Shown here in pieces: positions 50,829 through 61,591 of a stretch of 64,000 bases of DNA. Under the pieces are notes generated by a model. The model searched no databases, had not been told where the DNA came from, and saw nothing but the letters and a program-made list of their open reading frames with translations. Numbering within the stretch: position 1 is the stretch's first letter; each line of letters begins with the position of its first letter. Source of the stretch: Macrostomum lignano (taxonomy: Eukaryota); the NCBI GenBank assembly GCA_002269645.1, contig NIVC01002499.1, positions 1 through 64,000 of the forward strand, read 5' to 3'. Position numbers and translations under genes: made by a program.

Positions 50829-53800
50829 ATGCTGTACCGATTGCAGAATCAGGTCAACAGTAACCGCTGCGACCTGTGCGGCGTGACCTTCACGTCCGCA
50901 GTTCACCGCTCCGACCACCTGAGCGGCCGGCCGCACCAGCGGGCCGTCAGCCGGGCGCTGCATGCCGAGCCCGCTGGCGAGGCCTTCTGCTGCCTCATCT
51001 GCGACGTGGCCTGCAACTCTGAGGCCAGCCTGGCGGCCCACTGCCGCGGCCAGGCGCACCAGCGGCGGCTGAAGATGCCGGAGGCTCTCGAATACGTGAG
51101 AAATTCCGCCGAGCATGTCCGGCAGGAGGACCGCGGCGGCGGCGTTGTCTGGTACTGGTGCGACCTCTGCAACATCCACGCCACGTCCAAAAGCGACTTG
51201 GCCTCGCATTTCCAGGGCCGGGGGCACAAGAATGCCGTCGTCAGGGCTGGCGTCGGCGCTCCCTCACTGGCTTTTGACGCCTCCGAAACCAGTTCGTCGA
51301 TTGTGCTGCCTGGCAACCAGCAGCAGCAAGCCGCGTCTTCCACCCAGCCGCTGGTTCCCAACCTCGAAGCTGCCGCCGCCGCTGCTGCTTCCAATTCGAT
51401 TCCCAACCACTCGGCGCGGATCGCTGTGGCCTCGCTAACTGACGAATTCTCTCTGATGTCGGTTCACTCCGGCGCTCAAGTCAGCCAGTCGCCGCTGCCC
51501 TCACTACAGTATGCCAGCCAGACCGTGCAACCTGCCAACCAGACCGTGCAACCCGCCAGCCAGACCGTGCAACCTGCCAACCAGACCGTGCAACCCGCCA
51601 GCCAGACCGTGCAATCTGCCACCCAACCCGTGCAACCCGCCAGCCAGCCTGTGCCACCTGTCCAACAGCCGCAGCTGCACAGCGAGATCCTTGCCAGTCC
51701 CTGGTTTCACTTTGAATCGGAGGGCCGCTACCGCTGCAATCTCTGCGGCACCTTCGCCACCAGCATGAGCAACCTGGCCGACCACTGGAATGGCCGGCTA
51801 CATAAGAATAAGGCCAGGAGAGCGGCAGCTACAGCCTCACATATGTCTTCATCTGCAGCCTCCCCGTCTTCATCTGCAGCTTCTTCATCTTTATCTGCAG
51901 TGTCGCCGCAATCAGTTCCACCCCAGCAGCGGCCTGCAGACTCGGTTGCGCCGGCTGCCGCAGGTGGAGGCTCACAGAGACAAAGCGCAATTACGAGTGC
52001 ATCAACGCTGGGACTGAATTTCGACTTGAACGGCAAATGCGCCTCGCCAATCAACCTGGCTACCTGGGGCATCGATGTCAGCCGCTTATCTTCATCAGCC
52101 ACCAGCTCTGTCGGCGTTTCATCAACTGTCGCTCGTTCTCACGCCGCAGCCTCTCTTTCCACAGGCTTCAACGCTTCAGCCTCGCCTTCCGCGGGCTTCA
52201 ACGCCGCAGCATCTCCCTCCGCAGTCTCGCCCTCCGCAGGCTTCAACACTGCAGCCTCTCCCTCCGCGGGCTTCAACCCTGCAGCCTCTCCCTCCGCGGG
52301 CTTCAACACTGCAGCCTCTCCCTCCGCGGGCTTCAACGCTGCAGCCTCTCCCTCCGCGGGCTTCAACGCTGCAGCCTCTCCCTCCGCGGGCTTCAACACT
52401 GCAGGCTTCGACGCTGCAGGCTTCAACGCTGCAGCCTCTCCCTCCACTGGCTTCAACACTGCAGGCTTCAACGCTGCAACCTCGCCCTCCGCGGGCTTCA
52501 ACACTGCAGGCTTCAACACTGCAGGCTTCAACGCTGCAGCCTCTCCCTCCGCTGGCTTCAACACTGCAGGCTTCAATGCTGCAGCCTCTCCCTCCGCTGG
52601 CTTCAACGCTGCAGGCTTCAACGCTGCAGCCTCTCCCTCCGCTGGCTTCAACGCTGCAGGCTTCAACGCTGCAGCCTCGCCCTCCGCGGGCTTCAACCCC
52701 ACAGCCTCCGCCGGCTTGCCCGCCGCAGCCTCCGCAGCCTTATCCGGTTCCGCAGTTCCCCATCAAGCGGCGGGCCAGGCCCAGCCGCTAGTTGAGTCCC
52801 AGGCTAACGGCATGCTGCGCTGCACTGTGTGCAATGTGCAGTGCAACACGCCAGACCAGATGCTGAACCACAAGCAAGGCAAAAATCATCTGAAGCGGCT
52901 GCGCGTCTCGGGCATCGCTCAGCCAGCCGCAGCGACCGATCGGGCTGGGCCGGAACCGGACTTGCAGGCTGGTGAGCCCGTGTGACGCGCAAAATATGAT
53001 TATCCTCAAGAGGGACTCAAACGGTTCTCAGGTGAGGCTCAGGAGGGACTCGGATGGGACAGGTGGGACTTAAGTGGAACTTAAGATGGACTTGAGGTGG
53101 GATTCAAGAGAGTTACTGAGTACTGAGGGACTCGGGTGGGACTGAGTACACAGTGTAGGAGGGACTCGGTGGGACTGAGTACACAGTGTAGGAGGGACTC
53201 GGGTGGGACTGAGTACAAGGTGTAGGAGGGACTCGGGTGGGACTGAGTACACAGTGTAGGAGGGACTCGGGTGGGACTGAGTACAAGGTGTAGGAGGGAC
53301 TCGGGTGGGACTGAGTACACAGTGTAGGAGGGACTCGGGTGGGACTGAGTACACGGTGTAGGAGGGACTCGGGTGGGACTGAGTACAAGGTGTAGGAGGG
53401 ACTCGGTTGGGACTAAATACACAGTGTAGGAGGGACTCGGGTGGGACTGAGTACACAGTGTAGGAGGGACTCGGGTGGGACTGAGTAGGGACTCGGATGG
53501 GACTGAGTAGAGACTCGGATGGGACTGAGGGACTCAGGTGGGACTGAGTACACAGTGTAGGAGGGACTCGGGTGGGACTGAGTAGGGCTCGGGCCACCCT
53601 GTTCACCAGTTGCGCCCACACCCCTGTACCACCGCGCAGCTAGCTATCAGCCCGTTGTTCAGCTGCCTGACGGCTACTCGTTGTGCAACCTTTGCGGCAT
53701 CCGTCTCCATGGAAACAATGTGGCGGCTCACGTGGCCGGCCGCGATCATCGGCGCCGTCTGGCGGTCCGCTGTCCGGCGCCGGACCGACAGGCGCCACCG

Positions 53801-56800
53801 TGCGAGTTCGTCGCCAATCCGCGGACCGACTGGCCGATCCAGCTGAGGCCGCGCATTTACCAGCTGGAGGCGTACCGTCTCTGCTGTCGCCATGGCAACG
53901 CGCTGTGCGTGCTGCCCACCGGCACGGGAAAGACCCTGGTGGCCGCCCTGGCCATTTTGGCAGCACTGGAGGCGAATCCGCTCCGTAGCGCCGTGTTCCT
54001 GGTGGACAAGGTGCTGCTGGTGCTGCAGCAGACCGCCTTCCTGCGGGCTCAGCTGACTCAGGTCTGGGAGAACTGGGCGGTTTCCTGCTGACTGAGTGAC
54101 AGGGCTGGGCGGTTTCCTGCTGACTGAGTGACAGGGCTGGGCGGTTTCCTGCTGACTGAGTGACAGGGCTGGGCAGTTTCCCAGTGACTGAGTGACAGGG
54201 CTGGGCGGTTTCCTGCTGACTGAGTGACAGGGCTGGGCAGTTTCCCAGTGACTGAGTGACAGGGCTGGGCAGTTTCCCAGTGACTGAGTGACAGGGCTGG
54301 CCGGTTTCCTGGTGACTGAGTGACAGGGCTGGGCGGTTTCCTGGTGACTGAGTGACAGGGCTGGGCGGTCTCCTGCTGACTGAGTGACAGGGCTGGGCGG
54401 TTTCCTAGTGACAGAGTGACAGGGCTGGGCTATTTCCTAGTGACAGAGTGACAGGGCTGGGCTATTTCCTAGTGACAGAGTGACAGGGCTGGGCTATTTC
54501 CTAGTGACAGAGTGACAGGGCTGGGCCTAGTGACTGAGGGTCCCACTGCTCTCGCAGGTTCGCATGCGCCGTTTCGTCCGGCCGCTGCCTCCGCCATCGT
54601 CGCCAGCCCTGCCAACCCCGACGGTGACGCGGTCGCTGGCCGTGGCGGCGGTCTGCGGCGACCTGCACAGCCTGCCTGACGATCAGCCGCTGGCCGCAGC
54701 CGACCTGGTGGTGACCACCGCCGCTTTCTACGCCAACTGCCTTCGCACCGGGGCGCTGCGCCTGGACCAGGCCTGCCTGCTGGCCATGGACGAGGCGCAC
54801 CACTGCGACGCCCTGCACCCGTACTCGCTGCTGGCCGGCCAAGTGCTCAGCATGCCGGAGCTGGAGTCGCCTCGCTTGCTGGGATTCACCGCCTCGCCAG
54901 CCGGCCAGGTTTGAATTGTTATTGGTTGGGTCTGTGACAATTGATTGTCAGTGACAATTGACTGTCTGTGACAATTGACTGTCTGTGACAATTGACTGTC
55001 AGTGACAATTGACTGTCTGTGACAATTGACTGTCTGTGACAATTGACTGTCAGTGACAATTGACTGTCTGTGACAATTGACTGTCTGTGACAATTGACTG
55101 TCAGTGACAATTGACTGTCTGTGACTATGACTGTCTGTGACAATTGACTGTCAGTGACAATTGACAGTCAGTGACAATTGACTGTCAGTGACAATTGACT
55201 GTCTGTGACAATTGACTGTCTGTGACAATTGACTGTCTGTGACAATTGACTGTCTGTGACAATTGACAGTCAGTGACAATTGACTGTCAGTGACAATTGA
55301 CAGTCAGTGACAATTGACTGTCAGTGACAATTGACTGTCAGTGACAATTGACAGTCAGTGACAATTGACTGTCAGTGACAATTGACTGTCAGTGACAATT
55401 GACTGTTAATCAATGTCTAATTTTACTCGAAACCCTGTCTCCTATTGAGCCAAGCAGTTGTGAGAAATACCCGAACCCAAAAGCTAAGGTTATATTACTA
55501 ATAGTAGCATTCCGCAAGTTCTCACTATTTTCCTGCAGGCATCCAAATTTTTTTATTATCAAAATTCGCCCGCCCTCGCAGGCCTCACTGCCGGCCACTC
55601 AGAAGATGCTGGTCGGCCTCCTGGACAGACTGGGCGGCGCTAGACTGGCCTGGCCGAGCTCGCCGGACGCCCAGGCTCAGCTAGCCGAGTTTTCTGTCCG
55701 AGCGGGCATCTCTGGCCGACTGGTGCCGCCGCTGACGGAGGAGACGGCCGCGGTGGCCGCCCTGATCAACCACTCCGCCCTGGTGCTCACCGCCCTGCGG
55801 AAGGCTGCCGAAGCATCCGGGGCGTCCGACGCCGCCCTACTGGTGAACCAGCTGCTGAGCAATGGAGGGCTCGACTGTCCGAATCTAGCCGGCGTGCTGG
55901 ACGAGGTGGCCGAGCGGACTGCCGGCAGCCAACCGGTGCGCCTCCTGGTTGAGCAGCTGCTGAGACTAAGCGAGGTGAGCGAATAAGTGGGTGAATTGGG
56001 GCAGTGAATAATTGGGTGGGTTAGGGCAGTGAATAAGTGGGTGAATTGGGGCAGTGAATAAGTGGGTGAATTGGGGCAGTGAATAAGTGGGTGAATTGGG
56101 GCAGTGAATAAGTGGGTGAATTGGGGCAGTGAATAATTGGGGGAATTGGGGCAGCGAATAAGTGGGTGAATTGGGGCAGTGAATAAGTGGGGGAATTGGG
56201 GCAGCGAATAAGTGGGTGAGTTGTGGCAGTGAATAAGTGGGTGAATTGGGCAGTGAATAAGTGAGTGAATCGGGCAGTGAATAAGTCGGTGAATACCGCT
56301 ACCCTCGCAGCTGCGCAGCGCCCTAAGCCTGGCCATCTGCGAAGACTCCCGTGTCGCCGAGCTGGACGATGCCGTTCTGTCGTCGCTGTTGTCGCGGGAG
56401 CTGCTGGCCGAGATGCGCCAGAGCGCGGAGGCGCTTGTCGATGCGCTGCAGCTCCTGCGCGAAGGCCAGGCCGCCACTGCCGGCGCTGGCTCGGTGCTGC
56501 GCGCCCTGGCCGACGACCTGCGCGGCACCGGGGGTGCCAGACTGGCGCTGGTGATCGTGCGCGAACGCGCCACTGCGCGCCGCCTCACCGATCTGCTGAC
56601 CTCTCACTCGGCCTTTGCTGACTTCGCCGACCTCCGCCCGGCCTGCCTGATCGGGCACGGCGCCGCTGGAGACGCCGGCATGTCGGTGGCGCAGCAGCGC
56701 CGCCTGCTGTTCTCGGTGGCCAGAGGCGAGGCCAACGCGCTGGTCGCCACGCCCATCGCCTGCGAGGGCCTCGACCTGCCCCGCTGCGACCTGCTGGTGC

Positions 56801-56991
56801 TGGCCGATCCGCCTTCGCGGGTAGCCGCGCTGGTGCAGTCTCGGGGCCGGGTCCGGGTGGACGCCGGCCGCTGCCTTGTGTATTGCCGCTCCGCCGAGGA
56901 GAGACAGCGGCTGCAGGATCTGCTGGCCGGGGAGGCCAACCTGCTGCAGGCTGTTCGGCTGCTGGCCGCCAGGGAGGGAGGCGGCAGCTGA
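50829..56991 (+). CDS. RIG-I/Dicer-family DExD/H helicase with six N-terminal JAZ/matrin-type zinc fingers (~1339 aa, 5 exons)
   Basis: Exons 50829-52971, 53610-54061, 54558-54908, 55582-55974, 56311-56991; phases 1,0,0,0; 4020 nt. Six C-x2-C..H-x2-G-x2-H fingers. Helicase motifs PRIYQLE, LPTGTGKT, VFLVDKVLLVLQQ, DEAHH..HPY, LGFTASP, VIVRER..A, LIGHG..MS..QQ, LVATPIACEGLDLPRC, QSRGRVR. Confidence 0.88.
53045..53585. repeat. 34-bp intronic minisatellite GGGACTGAGTACACAGTGTAGGAGGGACTCGGGT
   Basis: Helicase gene intron 1. Confidence 0.9.
54075..54530. repeat. 32-bp intronic minisatellite CTGACTGAGTGACAGGGCTGGGCGGTTTCCTG
   Basis: Helicase gene intron 2; starts just after the donor site. Confidence 0.92.
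54932..55406. repeat. 17-bp intronic minisatellite GTGACAATTGAC(T/A)GTC(A/T)
   Basis: About 28 copies in helicase gene intron 3. Confidence 0.95.
55975..56295. repeat. 25-bp intronic minisatellite GGGCAGTGAATAAGTGGGTGAATTG
   Basis: Helicase gene intron 4. Confidence 0.92.
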
Positions 56992-57074
56992 ACTGGGGCC
57001 GCCAGCCTCTGCACCCTGACTTGCCACCCCATTGACTAGTGAGCTTCCCATGGAGATCTCAATCTAGGTGTATT

Positions 57075-57680
57075 CAGATGCCAGTCTATGGGCGGGGGGG
57101 GGGAGATTCCGGTGCCAGTCTATGGGGGGGGAGATTCCGGTGCCAGTCTATGAGAGGGAGATTCCGGTTCCAGGCTATGGGGAGATTCCGGTGCTGTCAC
57201 TCTATGGGGGAGATTCCGGTGCCGCCAATCTATGAGATGGGGGCAGATTCCGGTGCCAGGCTATGGGGGAGATTCCGGTGCCAGGCTATGGGGGAGATTC
57301 CGGTGCCAGGCTATGGGGGAGATTCCGGTGCCAGGCTATGGGGGAGATTCCGGTGCCAGGCTATGGGGGAGATTCCGGTGCTGTCACTCTATGGGGGAGA
57401 TTCCGGTGCCAGGCTATGGGGGAGATTCCGGTGCCAGGCTATGGGGGAGATTCCGGTGCCAGGCTATGGGGGAGATTCCGGTGCCAGGCTATGGGGGAGA
57501 TTCCGGTGCCAGGCTATGGGGGAGATTCCGGTGCCAGGCTATGGGGGAGATTCCGGTGCCAGGCTATGGGGGAGATTCCGGTGCCAGGCTATGGGGGAGA
57601 TTCCGGTGCCGCCAATCTATGAGATGGGGGCAGATCCCAGTGCCGCCAGTCTAGGGAGGGGGAGATTCCGGTGCCGCCAG
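57075..57680. repeat. 25-bp minisatellite GGGGGAGATTCCGGTGCCAGGCTAT downstream of the helicase stop
   Basis: More than 20 copies. Confidence 0.93.
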
Positions 57681-60374
57681 TTGATGGTGGAGTATCTCGC
57701 TGCTACACAGGCGCAGCGGAGCCGGGGGGGACAGTGTGGGCAATTGCCTGCCAAATAATTTTGTAGGGGGTGGGGGGCACTGCCGTCCCAATATTTCAAT
57801 GCCATAAAAAATTATATTATATCATTTAGTCCTGATTCTCCAGTTAGGCTTCTTGTGCAATTTTTGTCACGTCAGATATGGAAGAAATCTTTTAAATGTT
57901 TTTAGATTTTCTCAGGCAGATCGTACATTACGGATTTCTTGTTGCAGCCAATACATTTTAATTGCCAATTAATTCACTGCTCACACAGCTCGTTCCCTGA
58001 CTTTGTTTTTTGCAGAGGGAATTTGAAGCACACGGAGACCTTTAGCGCTCCGGGCTGCGGTAAAATGAGTATTGGGGGTTCCCAGGCCCGGCTCTCACAC
58101 TATTGATCAACTCATGTGAGAGCCGTTGATAAATCGCTGGTTGCGGAACAGGCGCTAGACTGCTCTGGTTTGAGCACTCATTCTCCTTGACCGGCGCTCA
58201 GCGCCCTTCCCTTCTTCTCTGCTCCACTGACTGACAGCTGCTCTCTGCACGGCCCGGCCTTCTCAAATACGCATCTGCATCTCCCAGCCCGGGCGTGCAC
58301 TTTTGCAGCGCTGCGGATGCCCGGGAGATCCTTCTTTTCCCCCCCCCCCGGCTGGGAGTCTGCGGGGCTGCTGCTGACCTCCCGGCTTCCCCCGGTCTGT
58401 TTGGCACCCATTTTATCCGCGCTTATCTCATAATCCCTGCTGCTCAATCCCTACTATTTTCCCCTGGCTGGCTCGCTAATCCCCCGCATCCACCCGCTGC
58501 CCCGCAGTCCATCTTCCGCACGCAGGCCCGGCCGCCTAATTTGCCCCTCGCTCGGCCGGGCTCAGAATGCATGGGAGATCTCTTCAACTGTCTCCCCCCC
58601 CCCTGTGTCCCCGCAGCGCCTTGCAGCTCCCCAATTTGGGACGGACCGGGCGCTCTGGCGCGGGCGGGCTCAGGCAGTTCATTAGAAAGCCGCTCCCCCG
58701 GCCTCCCGATTCCAGCCCCTCGGCTCCCCTGTCTGGTTCAGCTATGCCTGCCTCCCGGTCTCACCTATGCGGCCCCGTGCGATCGGCCAGCGGCTTGGCT
58801 GGTGCGGGCCTGCCGGCTTTAATGAAGCCGCGGTAGGCAGCTGGGAGCACTGGGAGCATTTTCCCCAGCCCAGCTATTCTGCTGGGAAGGGGGCTCTTCA
58901 CTCCGGCCGGCGTGTCAATATTCCCCGCCAGCCCCGCGAGTCCGGCGCCAGTGCCAAAAAATCGATCCCCATCCGATCCAGCCTCCTCCGGCAGCTCCTT
59001 CATCATCCTCTCTATGCGCTTCTGCTTCCCACTTTCCCGGCCAGCTGCGAGTTTTGCATGGCCGGGCCAACCAGCCGGCCTGTCCGCCTGTTGCAGAGCC
59101 GCAGTGCTCAAGTCTGCACTTAAGGCGCCCCCCTGCGCGTCTCTACGCGAGTTGTTCGAGGACGGTTGATTTTCGAGTCAGCCGTCGGGTGTCATGCAAA
59201 ATGCAGCAGCGGCGGCTTCAATTTCATTGCCCAGCTGGGGGGGGGGAGTCCCGGGCAGCGGCAAGAAGCGGCTCGAGTTGCATGGGAAAAAAATCCCGCG
59301 GGAGAGCCGGCGGGGGGACGCGCGCAGTTTATTCGAAGAATTCGAGCTGCCTGGCAGCCCCCCCCCCGCCCCGTGCCGCCGCCCCCGGTCCCGCCTGCAG
59401 TCACTTATCAGCCTGCGGTCTCCGGCCTGCGCCTCACAAAGTAAGAATTGGCCCAGCGGGGCGCCCCCCCCCCTGAGCCGCTCTCAAGAGACGCCTGGTG
59501 GATGGGGGGTGAGCATCTGTTGCCAAGAGCTTGGCTGACTGCTGCCTGCCTCAATAATTCAGCAGCTCCATCCCAGCCCGGCCCAGCCTCTTTCCGCCCG
59601 CCCCGCCTGCCCAGGCTTCCGTGGGGTTCGAGGCTGGGCCCTCCGGCTGCTGCTGCTGCTGCTCGGCTCTCGAGCGCCGCCAGGTGCGGCCAGCCATGCA
59701 GTCTATTAATTGATGATGACGGAGGCTGCAGAGCTGAGTGTGGCTTTCACAGTGCCTGTGATGTCTTGTGTTCGAGAACATGAAATAGTTTTGTACGTGG
59801 CAATGTATGAATTGAATTAGTTTTAAAAATTAGTTTATTCATATAGCATCAGGTGCAGTGCGAGCCGCAGCGCATCACATTGCGTTTATAGCGTTATAGC
59901 AGCTAAGCAGGTGGTAAGGAACTCAAATAATAGCATTGTATAAAAATATGCACGACAGCGACAGGACCTGTGGCCGACTTCGGTACAGAGGCGAGGCTTG
60001 CAGAGGAAATTAGATTAAATGACATTTGGGGTGGGCACGGCAAATAAGAGGGGACTCGAATACTTTCAAAAATGTGCTCAAACATTAATTAGTATTCATC
60101 TTTGAGCGCAAAGACAATCTAAAGTGAAGTGCACGTAGCTCTGCGCACACTGAATGTACATCTATAGTGTACATGTGTGCCAATTGTGTACATAGAAAAG
60201 AATAACAAGCTCAGCTGGGGGCGACGGGCGCATCGCACTTTACTGCTACAAATTTAGCACCCTGGCGTTGGCGCTGCGTGTTTTGTTTGGGCTACAAGTC
60301 CAGCTGGCGGCCGGCTCCGAGTGGCAGCAGCGGGCTGATAGGGTGGTAGCGGCACATGAGCCCCGACGAGGAAG

Positions 60375-61543
60375 TCAGACTGGCTGCGGGTGATCGCCGG
60401 AGCGGTGCACGGCCGGGCAGAAGCAGCACAAGACCGTCCAGGGCCGGGGCCGAGAGGACTCGCGCACCAGGTCGTCCAGCATCATGCTGAGCGAGGCCAG
60501 GTACAGCAGGCCGGCCGTGACCCAGCCCAGGCCGTAGCCGTAGCCGTAGCTGGCCGACTGATAGACAAAGCGCTGCACAACGTAGGGATACACGCCGACT
60601 GCTATGGTGGTGGCCACAGCTGCGGACGGGCAAATGGAATGATGTGGCTGTTAAAATGAGGGAGGTATAGAGCAAAGAAAATGAGGCAGCTTGTATTTTA
60701 TTGGTGATTTGCTATCTTTTATAAGTGGTTGTTGTTGGCGGATTAAGGTGGCTGTTTCTGGCGGAGTACGGTGGCTGTTTCTTGCGGAGTGAGGTGACTG
60801 TTGTTGGCCGAGTGAGGTGGCTGTTGTTGGCGGAGTGAGGTGGCTGTTTCTGGCGGAGTGAGGTGGCTGTTTTTGGCGGAGTGAGGTGGCTGTTTCTGGC
60901 GGAGTGAGGTGGCTGTTGTTGGCGGGAGTGTGGTGGCTGTTGTTGGCGGGAGTGTGGTGGCTATTATTGACAGAGCGAGGTTACTTCTGTTGGCGAAAAA
61001 AATGGTGCAAGGACAACAGTGTCTGGAGTAGATAACGTATGCATTGTACTCCAAAGTTACGTTATTCGTCATGCTATGCAACAAATACCCAGTGAATTTT
61101 CAGTCAAACAAACTGCTTCTAGCAGAGTTGGCTTTAAAATTCACTTTGAAGTTGCAGAGTCGGGGTTGGGCAGGGCAGGCCGGTTCCGTCCCGCCCCGGG
61201 CACCCGCAGAAGTTCATTCCCACTTCCCAGCTGGGCATGGAAGCCCCAATTTGGCGTCAAAGCTTTGTGCAGCTCAAGAAATCGATTGCACTGAAGCAGT
61301 TGCATGGAGTCGCTTCCATCCCGGCCGTTTCCTCTCCTCACCAGAGCCTCGCTGCACTTTCCCCCTCCCCCAGCTCGACAAGCGGCGTGGGGCGGCTACT
61401 GAGTCCTTGTGGGAATTTTATCATCTTCATCGGAACTGGGGGCAGTCAGTAGATAAGTGCATTCTCAGGCACGGCGTAATCCTGTTAGTCTCCGCTCGCT
61501 TTTGTCCGCCACTCCGGGCGCGGGTCGCGGATTTCGCCGCCGC

Positions 61544-61591
<48 letters not shown>

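Noticed and set aside
53681-56991. Helicase as FANCM/Mph1 because of DEAH
   Set aside because: TASP, HPY after motif II and QSRGR fit the RLR/Dicer family; FANCM has SATP and QRxGRTGR.
56992-57045. Read-through or extra exon giving the helicase an RLR C-terminal domain (..LCTLTCHPID then a GTGAGC donor at 57039)
   Set aside because: It follows an in-frame TGA, lacks the CxxC spacing of the RLR CTD, and I found no downstream coding exon. A 3' UTR intron is possible; RNA-seq is needed.
15493-57680. Regularly spaced 24-48-bp repeats as CRISPR arrays
   Set aside because: Units are head-to-tail with no unique spacers, lie mostly in spliceosomal introns, and there are no cas genes.
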